A stretch of DNA of 61,722 bases, counting the filler, from Chiloscyllium plagiosum (lineage: Eukaryota): assembly GCF_004010195.1 (NCBI RefSeq). It is 5 parts of one record of this genome, joined end to end, with 100 filler letters (N's around TTAATTAATTAA, not from the genome) between each part and the next. Parts side by side here need not be neighbours in the genome. Positions count along the whole stretch, not along the records: positions 44,910 to 57,209 come from NC_057717.1; positions 57,310 to 61,722 come from NC_057717.1; 3 more parts are not named here. The stretch is one strand, 5' to 3'. A model generated the notes under the pieces. It was not told the origin of the DNA, made no database searches, and worked only from the letters and a program-made list of their open reading frames with translations. Position 1 is the stretch's first letter. The number at the start of each line of letters is the position of its first letter. Both the position numbers and the translations under genes were made by a program. Of this stretch, positions 48,001 through 60,364 are shown in pieces.

Positions 48001-51000
48001 AGGGTCAGAGACTAGGATCTGTTCCTTCAATAGGAATGGAGCTGTGGTCAGCTCTGTCACGTCAGGGGAAATGGAGACTGGGGTCAGTGAGCGTCGGTAA
48101 CTTCAGGGGAAATGGAGGCTGGGGTCAGGGAGTGTGTGCAACTTCAGGGGAAACTGGGAGTGGGGTCATGGAACATCTGGAACTTCAGGGGAAATGGAGA
48201 CTATGGTCAAGGAGCGTCAATGACTTCAGGATTTGAAATGGAACCTGGGGTTAGGGAGTGCCTGTGACTTTACGGTTTGAAACAGAGGCTGGGATCATGG
48301 AGCATGTGTAACATCAGGGAAAGTGGGATTGGGGTCAGGGAGAGTCAGTACTGTCCATGGAAATGGAGCCTGGGGTCAAGAGTGTCTGTAAACTTGATGG
48401 AAATAGAGCTTGGGGTAATGGAGCCTATGTAACTACAGGGAAAATGGAGACATGGGTCAGTGAGCATCTGTAACTTTAGGGGAAATGAAGAGACTGGTGA
48501 GTGAGTGTCTGTTGCTGAAAGAGAAATGGAGACTGCGGTCAGGGAGCATCTGTCACTTCAGGAGTTTAATCGGAGCCTGGAGTCAGGGAGCATGTGTAAT
48601 TTCATGGGAAGTAGAGTCAGGGAGCATCTGAGACTTCAGGATTTCAAATGGAGTCTGTGGTCAGGGACTGTCTCCACCTTTGGGGAAAATGGAATCCGGG
48701 GTCAGGGAACACCTGTAGCGTCAGAGAAATTGAGAGTGGGGTCAGGGAGGGTCCAAAACTTCAGGGAAAGGGAGCCTGGCATCGGGGAGCACCTGTAACT
48801 TCATGGTTAGAAATGGAGCTTGGGGTTAAGGGATGTCTGAAATTTCAGGAGAAATGGGGCCTCTGGTCAGGGAGCATCTGTAACTTGAGGAAAAATGGAG
48901 ACTGGGGTCAGGGAGCATGTGCAGCTTCAGCTGTAATGGAGACTCTGGTCAGGAAGCATCTGTAACTTCAGGGAAATGGAGTTTCCGGTCAGGGAATGAA
49001 GCCTGGGGTCAGAGAGTGTCTGTAACTTGAGAGGAAATAGAGGCTACGGTCATGGAGCATCTGTAACTTGAGGGTTTGAAATGGAGCTTGGGGTGAGGGG
49101 GCATCTGAAAATTCAGAAGAAATGGAACCTGGGGTCAGGGAGTGTCTGTAACATCACGGGAAATGGGGAGTGGGATCAGGGAGAGTGTGTAACTACAGGT
49201 GAAATGTAGAATGGCTTAGGGAGTGTCTAACTTCAGGGTTTGAAATGGAAACTGGCGTTAGGGAGCATATGAAACTTCAGGGGAAATGGAGAGTGGGGTC
49301 AGGAGCATCCATAACTTCAGGGGAAATGAAAATGTCTGTGACTTGAGGGTTTGAAATTGAGCCTGTGGTTAGGGAGTGTCTGTAACTTCAGGCAAATGGG
49401 GAGTGGTGTCAGGGAGGGTCTGTCCCGTCAAGGGAAATGGAGGTGGGGTCAGGGAGCTTCTTTAACATCAGGGGGAATGGAGGCTGCAGTCAGGAAGCAT
49501 TTGTAACTTCAGAGTTTGAAATGGAGGCTGGGGTCAGGGAGCATTAGTAATTTCAGGAGAATTGTCGGCTGGGGTCAGGGAGTGTGTGTAACTTCAGGTG
49601 GAAAGGAGGCTGGGGTCAGGAAGCATCTGTAATGCCAGGGGAAATGGAGTCTGGTGTCAGGATGCGACTGTATCTTCAGGGGAAATGGAGACTGTGGTCA
49701 GGGAGGGCCTGTTTCTGCAAGAGGAATGGAGACTGCAGTCAGGTAGCATCTGTAATTTCAGGGGAAACGGGTAGTTGAATCAGGGAGTGTCCGTAATTTC
49801 TGGAGACTGAGTTTAGGGAGCATCTGTAACTTCAATGGAACAGGGAATGGGGTCAGTCAGCTCCTCTAACCTCAGGGTAAATTGAGCCTGCAATCGAAGT
49901 GTCTGTAGTTTCGGGGGAATAGAGACTGCTGTCAGGGAGTGTCTGTATCTTCAGGCAAATGGGGAGTGGGGTCAGGTAGAGTCTGTACTGTCAGAAAATG
50001 GAGAACATCTTGGGTCAGGGAACATCTTTAACTTCAGCAAAATGGAGTTTGGGGTCAAGGGGCATCTGTAACCTTAGGGGAAATGGAGTCTGGTGTCTGG
50101 GAGTGTGTGTAACTGCAAGAGAACTGAGGAATGGGGAGTAGTGCATGTGTAACTTCAGGAGAAATGGAGGCTGGGGTCAGGGAACTCTGTACTTCAGGGT
50201 TTGAAATGGAGGCTGAGGTCAGGGAGTATCTGAAACTTCAGGGGAAATGGAGATGTCTGTGATTTCAGAGTTTGAAGTTAGGGAGTGCCTGTAACTTCAG
50301 GAGAAATGAAGCCTGGGGTCAGTGAGTGACTAACCTAAGGTGAAATAGAGGCTAAGTTCAGGGCGCATTTGAAACGTCAGTGTTGGGGTCAGGGAGCGTC
50401 TGTAATTTCAGGGGAAATGGAGCCTTGGCCTAGGGAGTGTCTGTAACTTGAAGGGAAATGAGGAGTGGGGTCAGGAAGCATCTGTAACTTCAGGGGAAGA
50501 GGAGACTGTGGTCAGGGAGCATCTGCAACCTCAAGAGAAACTGTACATATGGTCACGGGCATCTGTGACTTCAGTGTTTGAAGTGAAGCCTGGTGTTGGG
50601 GAGCATCTGTAATTTCAGGGGAAATGGAACCTGGGGTCAGGGCATGTCTGTAACTTCAGGCAAACGAGGAATGTGGTCTGCGAGCATCTGTAATATCAGG
50701 GGAAATGGAGTATGGGGTCAGGCAGTGTTTGCAACTATAGGAGAAATGGAAGCTGGGTCAGGGCGCATCTGTAACTTCAGGGGAAGTGGAGGCTGTGGTC
50801 AGGGAATGTCTGTAACTTAAAGGGAAATGGTAAGTGTGGTCAGGGTCTGTGACTTCAGGGTTTGAAGTGGAGCTTGGTGTCAGGGAGCAACTGTAATTTC
50901 AGGGGCAATGGAGGCTGGGGTCAGGGCATGTCTGTAACTTCAGGGAAATGAAGAGTAGGGTCTGCGAGCGTCTGTAACATCAGGGGAAATGGAGGCTGGG

Positions 51001-51100
51001 ACCGGGGAACGTTTGTAACTTCGGGGGAATGGAGACTTGGGTCAGGGAGCGTCTATCTCTTAATGGAAAATGGACTCTTGGGTCAGGGAGCATCAGTAAA
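45020..51100. repeat. ~6-kb G-rich satellite, ~41-bp unit ctgtaacttcaggggaaatggagactggggtcagggagcat
   Basis: Uninterrupted degenerate tandem units, including a gggtttgaaat variant, and a higher-order duplication offset by ~2.05 kb. Confidence 0.95.
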
Positions 51101-51151
51101 GTTGCTGAGGCCTGACCTCCCCTATACAAAACCGTACTGTCTATTGCAATA

Positions 51152-51376
51152 AGGAGAAAGTGAGGACTGCAGATGCTGGAGGTCAGAGCTGAAAATGTGT
51201 TGCTGGAAAAGTGCAGCAGGTCAGGCAGCATCCAAGGAGCAGGAGAATCAATGTTTCGGGCATGAGCCCTTCTTCAGCCCTTCCTGAAGAAGGGCTCATG
51301 CCCGAAACATCGATTCTCCTGCTCCTTGGATGCTGCCTGACCTGCTGCGCTTTTCCAGCAACACATTTTTAGCTCG
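51152..51376. mobile_element. Palindromic Penelope-like mini-insertion with 14-bp TSD and two hammerhead-like motifs
   Basis: Inverted arms 51186-51277 and 51284-51375. Flanking direct repeat tgtctattgcaata at 51138-51151 and 51377-51390. Confidence 0.85.
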
Positions 51377-51394
51377 TGTCTATTGCAATATGTC

Positions 51395-51850
51395 AACTTG
51401 CTTTTAAACATAGATCTTGTCCTTGAGAATCTTTTCCAATAATTTACCTCCAACTGACATGAGGCTTACAGGCCTGCAATTTCCTGGATTAACCCTGCTA
51501 CTCTTCTTAAGCTATGGGACAAAGAAATTACAAAGATGCTTGTCAATGCTCCAGCAATTTGTTCTCTTGCCTCCCACAATATTCTGGGATAGATCCCATC
51601 AGCAACCAAGGACGTATCTACCTTAATACTTTTTAAGAAACACAGCGCCTCTGCCTTTTTAATAGCAACTTGGCTTAGAAATTCGACACTCCTTTCCCTG
51701 AAATGGTCCTCTATTAATTTGTCCTTTTTGGTGAACCTTGTCTACTACTACTACTACTAGCTCCACACATAGGTTCCCTGTTTTGTCCTTGAGTGGGCCA
51801 AGTCTTTCCCTGTCTGCCATGTCAATCTTTTCAGTAACGTTTCCCAATCC
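51395..51850 (-). mobile_element. Degenerate CR1 fragment
   Basis: Minus strand NPGNCRPVSLMSVGGKLLEKILK and RERLGPLKDKTGNLCVE. Confidence 0.8.
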
Positions 51851-51998
51851 ATCATAGCCACATACCAGCGTAGTTTCCCTTATTAAGATTCAGGACTGTA
51901 TGCGTAGTATCAACTTCTTCACTCTCCATCTTGAAGAATTGTATTATGATATCTTAGTGGTATTGTAAAGAGTTGCCTAACAATTATTCCTTTCTCTT

Positions 51999-52294
51999 TG
52001 CCTCACAGCGCCAGAGACCCGGGTTCAATTCCCGCCTCAGGCGACTGACTGTGTGGAGTTTGCACATTCTCCCCGTGTCTGCGTGGGTTTCCTCCGGGTG
52101 CTCCGGTTTCCTCCCACAGTCCAAAAATGTGCAGGTCAGGTGAATTGTCCATGGTAAATTGCCCGTAGTGTTAGGTGAAAGGGTAAATGTAGGGGAATGG
52201 GTCTGGGTGGGTTGCGCTTCGGCGGGTCGGTGTGGACTTGTTGGGCCGAAGGGCCTGTTTCCACACTGTAAGTAATCTAATCTAATCTAATCTA
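51999..52294 (+). mobile_element. Young HE1 SINE (5'-truncated) with (TAATC)n tail
   Basis: B box gggttcaattccc, core tgtgtggagtttgcacattctcc, CpGs retained, tail taatctaatctaatctaatcta. Confidence 0.93.
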
Positions 52295-52825
52295 AAGTGG
52301 CCTGTTCTGTAGTTGATTCCTTAATATACTGATGCAAAAACAAATTCCATTTTCACTCCAGGAATTTGTCATCTCCAGTATTGTGACTAATTTGATTCAC
52401 CCAATTTTATGCAGATTAAAGTTTACAGATATTTCTTTATGCATCTTTGAATTTATGTTTAATGCCATTTCCAACATTACTACTGTAGTTTAGTGGCCTA
52501 AATACCACTATCATTAATGTTTTTTTTGTCCATTTTATTTCTATGCATACAGATTGTACAATGTCTGAAATATTATTTTTCCTCTATCATGTTTATATCC
52601 TCTTTAACAAGTAATGCAACTTTTTTTTCCATTTATTCTGTATTTTCTAAATACTGAATATTCCTAGTGTTCAGTCCCATCCCTCATCACCCTGAAGTCA
52701 TGTCTCCATAATTTCAACTATATCATACATGTTCACAGCCATTTGCTTGATTTTTAAAAAAATAAATTGTGGATGCTGAAAGTCAGAAATCACTGGAAAA
52801 ACTTAGTAGGTCTGGCAGTTTTTAA

Positions 52826-53157
52826 GGTGGCACGGCGGCTCAGTGGTTAGCACTGCAACTTCACGGTGCCAGTAACCCAGATGCAAATCCAGTTTTGCAT
52901 GACTGTCTTTGTGGAGTTTGCATGTTCTTCCTTTGCCCATATAAGTTTCAGCTGGGTGCTCTGGTTTCCCCCCACATACTAAAGATGCGCCGGTTAGGTG
53001 GATTGGTCATGCTAAAAATTGCCCCGGAGTGTCTTGAGGTATGCAGATTGGGTGGATTAGCCGTGGTAAATGCGGAGTTATGGGGTAGGGTGGTATCCTC
53101 TTCAGAGGGTTAGTGCAAATACAATGGCCTCTTTCTGCACTTTAGGGATTCTGTGAT
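52826..53157 (+). mobile_element. HE1-like SINE
   Basis: ggcacggcggctcagtggttagcact A box and V-SINE-like core. Confidence 0.85.
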
Positions 53158-53319
53158 TGTGGGAGATAAAGCAGTGTTAATGTTTCAAGTCCAGTCACTT
53201 CTCTGCATTAACTCTGCTTTGTCTTTAGACATGCTGCCAGACTTGCTGAGCTTCAACTAATTTCTGTTTTTGCTATTGTATTTGCTAGATTGATTGATTT
53301 ATCCATTTCAAATGCTCCA

Positions 53320-53740
53320 TGTGTACAAGGATGTTGCCAGGGTTGGAGGATCTGAGCTACAGGGAGAGGCTGAACAGGCTGGGGCTGTTTTCCCTGGAGC
53401 GTCGGAGGCTGAGGGGTGACCTTATAGAGGTTTACAAAATTGAGGGGCATGGATAGGATAAATAGGCAAAGTCTTTTCCCTGGGGTCAGGAGTCCAGAAC
53501 TAGAGGGCATAGGTTTAGGGTGAGAGGGGAAAGAGATAAAAGAGACCTAAGGCGCAACATTTTCACGTAGAGGGTGGTACGTGTATGGAATGAGCTGCCA
53601 GAGGAAGTGGTGGAGGCTGGTACAATTGCAACATTTAAGAGACATTTGGATGGGCATATGAATAGGAAGAGTTTGGAGGGATATGGGCCGGATGCTGGCA
53701 GGTGGGACTAGATTGGGTTGGGGTATCTGGTCGGCATGGT
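53320..53740 (+). mobile_element. CR1/HER1 LINE 3' end
   Basis: [37 protein letters not shown] and 3' UTR. Confidence 0.93.
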
Positions 53741-54309
53741 CATTATAATTGTGTTATAACGAGTGCACGCTTTCAAAGTTTGTGATATGGAAACTCTGTC
53801 AAACGCGTTACAGCGAGTTCACATTAACGAATCATGCAGTATAGCAGAACAGCCTGTATTTGAAATCAGCGTAAAGAACCCTCTGTGGGCTTCTTCCAAT
53901 GTCAGTATATCTTTCCTTTGATCAGAGAGCCAAAACTGTTCAATGTATTCAAGCTGTGGTCAGGCTCGTGCATTTGATGGTTTAAGAAAACCTTCCTCTT
54001 TTTTTTATGCTTCGTTCTCTTTGAAATAAAGGCCCACATTTCATAGTCCTTCATAAAAGCAGAGATTGCTTGAAAAACTCAGCAGGTCTAGCAGAGAGAA
54101 ATCACTGTCAAAAAACAATACAGCATGGAAACGAGCCCTTCGGCCCTCCAAGCCTGCTCGAACACATTTTGCCCTTCCATACTAATACTGTCTTCACTAA
54201 CAGGATCTGTATCCTTCTAATCCCGGAGTTAATGTGTCGGTCCAGTGACCCTTCTTCAACAAGTGAACTCGTACAGTCCTTTGTGAATATTTATGATATT
54301 CTTTCTAGA

Positions 54310-55930
54310 TGATCCCTCAAGCTCTAGTTGAGGCAAGTATATGCACACAGTCCTTTGAGAGTATTTATAGTAATATGACTCAAGTTCCTGATGGAGATAG
54401 GAGTGGCTCGTATTCAATTTTGAAAATATGGGACACCCCCTGCCAACTTTTTGCACAAGTCTTCTATGCGTAGCATAGGGTGTCTATCTAATTGGCAAAT
54501 TCTGTTGACTGTCAACTCATAACTCACAATTCCCACAGAGAATGACTGAGTTGTCAGGTTTCACAATTGGCTGTAGTGTTGTGACCCCTTGAGCAAATTG
54601 TACTAGATGTATTATGCCATGTTCCTTGAGCTGTTGCACTTGGATCTCCACTTGGATGCATGGGGCATTGGGGACTGGTCATGTTTTGAAGTATTTAGGT
54701 TTGGGCCTCTGTGTCTACATAGATCTATGCCCTGTGTCTTTTATCTTCCTGAGGCCCTTTTTGAAACACTTTGTGATACTTCCCAATGACTTCATACAGG
54801 TCACTAATACCCTTTTTTTTAAACTTGTTGCCAATCCAGGCAGATTTTGGGCAGCCAGTCACTTCCCAAAAGGTTGTGACCTGGTGCTTGCACCACCACT
54901 AAGGGGAGTCGGACTGTCTGTTGCCCATGCATAACTGGTGTTGCTGTGGTCCCAATAATATGCAAGCTTCCCCAGTGTATGGGCACAGTCTAGACTTGGT
55001 GTCTTGCTGACTTAAAGGCAAGATGGTCCATCGGAGTTCCCTAAAGGCTAGCTCTCCAGTGTTGGGTACAGTGGGAACTGTGTCGAGCTCCATGTTTAGG
55101 AGGTGGCCATTTAGCTGAGTGGTTTTTATAATTGCAGCCACTTTGGGAGCAGTGATATAATTTCTCATTCTTGATTTGAATTATTTGCACAGCCCTGTCA
55201 TGAGATGATGTCACCCTACAGCCTGCATTTTGCCTGTTTCAGTAGTCTGGTTTGGGATGGACCCTATGACTACAAGTGTGGCATGAGCATTCTTGCTCCT
55301 GACATATGGAGAAACTTTCTGTTCAACCTGCAAATAGGCAGCCTCCAACTACAATTGAATTTCTTTGCTAGCAATAGGAGCCCTGAGTATTATCTGGTTG
55401 GGACTTGGCTCTATGTTATGGGATATGCCAAGGTAGAGGACCTCTGAACCTTCTGAGTCCCTTCTTCCATTTATCTCCATGGGAAAGGGCCAGTTCTGTG
55501 GCTTTCTTGATGTCTCGATCTGTTTCATTCAGTAGACTTCCTTGGTTCACAATATTATTAATTCCATAGATGAAGTGATCCCTTAATATTTCCCAAAATG
55601 CTGGCCTGTTTTCACTAATTTTCACGGTCTTGTCAATAATTTCGTAACTGGTTCCCCAGGAAGTCTGTCTGCTGTGGTAAACCTGTAATGCTGCAATATA
55701 ACAGATAACTTGTGGTCATAGTAGTCTGTAATCATATCTATCGGTTCGTGAAAAGATTTTTACTCCAGGGTTGCTGGGCAGGTTAAAGTCTTCATGATGC
55801 AGAAAGTTGTTGCCCCACAAGCAATTGAGGGGATGGCTTTTTGTCCGTAACCCCTTTATCCCAGTTGAAAAAAGCCAATATTCCACATCTACATCACAAG
55901 GCTCCAGTTTCCCAAACTGCAGCAGTTCCC
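54310..55930 (-). mobile_element. Degenerate Ty3/Gypsy gag-protease(-RT start) remnant
   Basis: EILRDHFIYGIN..QGSLL.E..IKKATELALS (gag; cf. LRDRLVCGI) and LNGHLLNMELDT..LCPYTGE (aspartic protease). Confidence 0.8.
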
Positions 55931-56359
55931 ATATTTCTTGCTATTGTACTTATTCCATCCTCTACCATTAAAGTTACCGTATGATCCTTTCCTTTTTGGC
56001 GGTCACACACCCACAGCTATTTAGTTTCTAGCTTTGGTCTCCTTGCAACCATGTCTCCATAATGGCTAGAGCATCATGCCCATCTGTTTGTATCGTCAGT
56101 TCATTTACTTGCTTTTAATCTCAAAGTGACGTTTGCATAAAGAGCCGTTAAGGTTGCCTTTGTATCACTCTCTCACCACCTACTGACCCTACTTGTTGCT
56201 GTTTTTCAATTGTTTTTATGCTCTGGGTGAGCTGTCATGCCATGCTGCCAAAACCTTTTGTAAGCCTACGTTTCCAGTCGGACAAGCTCCTCACTGTTCA
56301 AAGTTTGTCCACAAAGCCTCCTTTATAATCCTATCATGTAATTAATACCAACCTGGATG

Positions 56360-56870
56360 ATGATTTGGAGATGCCGCCATTGGACTCGGGTGTACAAAGT
56401 TAAAAATCACACAACAGGTTATAGTCCAACAGGTTTAATTGGAAGCACTAGCTTTTGGAGCGCAGCTCCTTCATCAGATGGTTGTGGAGTACACAATTGT
56501 AAAAGACTGAATTTATAGCAAACGTTTACAGTGTGTTGTAACTGAAATTACACATTGAAAAATACCTTGATTGTTTAAGTCTCTCATCTGTTAGAATGGC
56601 CATGATAGTTTCACTTCTTTCATATGTAAATCAAAAAACACTTTTAAAAGTTACATTCTCAGGTTAAAATTGGTGTCAGCGCAGATAAGTTGTTGAGATA
56701 TTGATGGTGTTAGCCCCCTGTATTCCCTGTCTGTGCTAAAATGTTTAGACTGATTCTAATCTAAAAAGTGAGTTAACAGAGTCTTTTATGGATTGATGCA
56801 GTTTTTGAGCAAAGTACAATGTAACTCTACAAATACAAATTCACCCCACAAACATATATTAGTATGTGTG
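56360..56870 (-). mobile_element. Penelope-like terminal region with mutated hammerhead motif
   Basis: Minus 56477-56449 = CTGATGA-A-GGAGC-TGC-GCTCC-AAAA-GC-TA (G12>A). Matches 11790-12135. Confidence 0.75.
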
Positions 56871-56920
56871 CATGTTGGTTTGCTTTGTGACTGGAGAGGG
56901 GGGTTGTGAGTGTCAGAGAC

Positions 56921-56980
56921 AGTGTATGTGTGTGTGTGTGTGTGTTCTGTGAGAGGGGATGTGTGTGTGTGTGTGTGTGT
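56921..56980. repeat. (GT)n microsatellites
   Basis: Direct reading. Confidence 0.9.
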
Positions 56981-56989
56981 CCGCCCGTG

Positions 56990-57130
56990 TCCTTTGGGTG
57001 ACCATCCAAGGTGGACTTTGGGACAGACAGCAGCGAAAACTGGCCAAGCACAGGCTGATAGCTAAGTTGGGTATCCATAGGGAGGGCCTCAATTGGGCCT
57101 TGGGTTCATGTCAAATTACAGATGACCACT
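56990..57130 (+). mobile_element. Penelope GIY-YIG C-terminal fragment
   Basis: VTIQGGLWDRQQRKLAKHRLIAKLGIHREGLN resembles the Penelope EN tail (..E..LI.K..T...GLN). Confidence 0.7.
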
Positions 57131-57209
57131 ATTGCACGAGACACACCTATGCGCGCGCACACACGTGCACTCTCCCTCCCCCCCCCGCGCGCTCTCCCTC
57201 CCCCCGCGC

Positions 57210-57309
57210 NNNNNNNNNNNNNNNNNNNNNNNNNNNNNNNNNNNNNNNNNNNNTTAATTAATTAANNNNNNNNNNNNNNNNNNNNNNNNNNNNNNNNNNN
57301 NNNNNNNNN
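57210..57309. other. Artificial contig-join linker
   Basis: 44N + TTAATTAATTAA + 44N. Confidence 0.95.
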
Positions 57310-58224
57310 TATTATGTTTAATTCTTTTGAACTCAGCATAAGTCTAATTTGGTTCCTTCTTTATGTTTCAGAATCATTGTCTAAATGCAAATGCATCACT
57401 GCTCTACCTAACAAGTTTGGATCAACAATACCCAAATAGTTCTCGGCCATATCATTTGTTTATTCACTTTCTCAAACGAAAAATGATTCAACACTATTCT
57501 TTTCGAATTTAGGCAACGTTTGACCCTATTAAAACAGATCCCCTCCAGACATTTGGTTACGGTGGGTGTTCTCGTCATCATTACCCTCCTCACTTAAAAT
57601 AATTTCTTATTTAACTACCATGCTTTTACATCGAAATTCCTCTCCAAATGCCAACTTCTGAAGATCAAATTTCGTCTTCAATCTATTTCTCTTCTTTCTT
57701 TTCCTTTCTTTCATTCTTATGTGAGGCATTTTATCGTAAATCAAACTGTTTCATTTCTTTTCCTCTTTATCTTCGTTGTGCAAGGGCTATTCGTTCCTTT
57801 TATTTTACCTCTAATTTAAGCTGCTAGATTTGCAATTTATTTTAGCGATTTCTGAGGATTCTGATGGCATTTCCGGCAACATTAAATGCTGTGCACTGGC
57901 TGCAAATAGTTCTCGGCCATATCATTTGTTTAGCCACTTCCTCAAATGAAAAAGGATTCAACACTCTTCCTATTTCTCCAGCTTGTTTGAATTCTGAAAT
58001 CTTTGCCTTGCTCACTACTTATAAAACACCTGAAGTCACTTACTTAGCCTCCAGAAAACTGTAGTGACCGGAAGACCCATTGCTACACAAGCACTCCCGC
58101 TTTGAAACAACCAAATTCGAAACCGAAATAAAAGACAAACACGAGCCTCTTGTCGCCTTCGAGACCAGCATTCCTAAACCCAACCTGCAATTGGGGATTT
58201 CAGTCCCGACAAGGACACTCAATT
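57310..58224 (-). mobile_element. Gypsy-type gag remnant with degenerate primer-binding site next to the LTR
   Basis: FSFEKVNKQMIWPRTIWVLLIQT matches the FE+vA....WP...W..L motif of Gmr1-like gag. PBS-like tgagtgtccttgtcggga at 58221-58204. Confidence 0.7.
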
Positions 58225-58960
58225 TGTTATGGACCAGACCAGGCTCCCTCAAAATATTTTAAGCAGACTTTCTAGATCCTAATACGTTCTTATTTTAAAG
58301 ACATATGTGAGGTGCTGTGTCCCAGAAAAAATGTTACTGGCCAAATTACTTTGCAACTTATTGAATCAAATTTTACCATTCATTTAATGAAACAAACTGC
58401 ACACAATCATTCAATGAAACAGACGCCACGTGTTAATTCATTGAAGAGAGCTTCTCTCCCTCATGCAACTTATTTAAACACAATGGTTAAAATTCAAACA
58501 GTACAAAGAGGCATTTAGAATAACTTAAATATTGGAAAACTTAACATAATAATAGATGAACTGTTTAATTCTAACGAACTGTCCAAAGAAATTAATATCG
58601 AAGAAGCAGAGCACTTGGCAAAAAAGGCAAACTCAGTCGCAATTTATCACATGCATTTCTCCAATACAGGAGGAATAAAAATCAAGAGAGGTTTCGGGAG
58701 AGTAGCAGATAGGAAGCATTCGCTGAAATTTCCAACACTTTTGAGATCCCAACGACTTCTTCTGCTACTGAAAAATGAAAACCCAGAAATCCGGATCTCT
58801 GAGATGGCCACACAATGCAGGCTGTTAAAAGAAAATCCAAGACATCCCAAGCTGTTTATTCTAATCTTTCTGATGGACTGTTCTGTGCCCTTGTCTTATA
58901 ACGTCCTTTCAAGCAAAAAAAGAACAAAATCACTTCTAAAATTCACACCATCGTCAGACA
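58225..58960 (-). mobile_element. LTR (TG...CA), 5' LTR of the adjacent Gypsy remnant
   Basis: Begins TGTTATG and ends TCAGACA; second copy at 9175; adjacent to PBS-like site and gag. Confidence 0.7.
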
Positions 58961-59169
58961 TGGCTCGGCAGCTGATTAAATAGCAGGCGAAAGAAATTCG
59001 GGATAAAGGTTAAGTACTCAAATTGAGCGGATGTGACCTGTGCTGTCACACAAGCATCTGTGCTCGGACATCAATAATTCATATTTTTATTAACACTTTT
59101 GATAATTGCATAGGCAGTCATATATCCAAAATTGCTGTGCTTAAAAAAAAACTAGTTCAATGAATCGTA

Positions 59170-59690
59170 ATGGAATGCAAATATCTGAATGGGCAAAAAT
59201 GCGGCAGGTGGAGTGGCATTTTGGTAGGAAAAAGGATCTATGCGGATACTTTGTGGATGTTATGAAGTCAAATATAATGGATGCCCAGAGACATTCGTAA
59301 CTTCACGTGCATTGATCTTTATAATGCCATAAACAGACGTGAAAAAAGTTAAGAAAGGTAATGGAAAATCGGTCTTTATATCTCGAGGCTGGAGTATGAG
59401 GCCGTTGAAATAGGAGCCATTGTATAAAAAATAGGGCCAGGCCGTTCAAGAGAGATCTTAGAAAACGATTCTACACCCAAAAGTTGTCAAATGTTTAAAC
59501 TCTCTTGCACAAATGGCAGGGGATATTAGATCTGTTGTTAATTTGAAATCTGAAATGCACTGTTTAGTAATCAAAGGGGCACGGGATATGGTCAAAGGCA
59601 GAAATTAGGCCACAGGTCAGCTATAATCTCATTGACTGTCAAAATGGGCTAGAAATGCTCAATGCCTGCTCCTTTTCCGGTGATCCTTTG
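59170..59690 (+). mobile_element. Old degenerate CR1 3' portion
   Basis: Decayed WA..WQ.E..HFG motif and CR1-like 3' tail. Confidence 0.55.
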
Positions 59691-60309
59691 ATGCTGGCGG
59701 CATTTCTCCAATCCTCTCTATGCTCTCCTGCTTCGACCCCTCACTCATCATTCGAAGAGCCAGTTCCTTTCTACTGAATTCTACCTATTCCAGCAACCTT
59801 ACACCAACTCAACCCTAGGGTATGATGTGTATGTGCATTCTTCAGGCAGCTTTGCAATCTGTGAATCTTTTATATTACATGCAACTCTTCCATTGACAGA
59901 ACCACAATACCCCATCATTTGAATTAACAATTACAAATGGATAAAGAAGAGCATCATATAGAAATCTTCAATTTTAGTGCGCATGTTATACCCAGAGAAA
60001 CTAACCAACATATATTTCAATTCCAAATTATGCAGTTCTTTCAGCCTACGTGGGAATTCCAGCTGACACTGCATCTTTTCACTGATTAAACATACTCAAA
60101 TTCCTACAGGCAGAACATCTAGAGGATCCACCATCAGCAGCAGAGTTACTCTAATTGGAACCATTGTATGAATAGACAGTGTTACTCCTCCAAGCAAACC
60201 CTCTTACAGAACTCAGCTCTCCTTCATTATTGCCAAAACGATCGGAAACTCAACGCTGCAGATTTAATTGATTCCTTCAGTACATCAATTCTGAATGTGT
60301 GGCTAAGAT

Positions 60310-60312
<3 letters not shown>

Positions 60313-60346
<34 letters not shown>

Positions 60347-60364
60347 GCTCTCTCTCTCTCTCTG
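60313..60364. repeat. (CT)n microsatellite
   Basis: Direct reading. Confidence 0.95.

Noticed and set aside
45020..51100. CRISPR array, Ig switch region, or repetitive protein gene
   Set aside because: No unique spacers, eukaryotic context, no Ig exons or RSS seen, and the 41-bp unit does not hold a reading frame.
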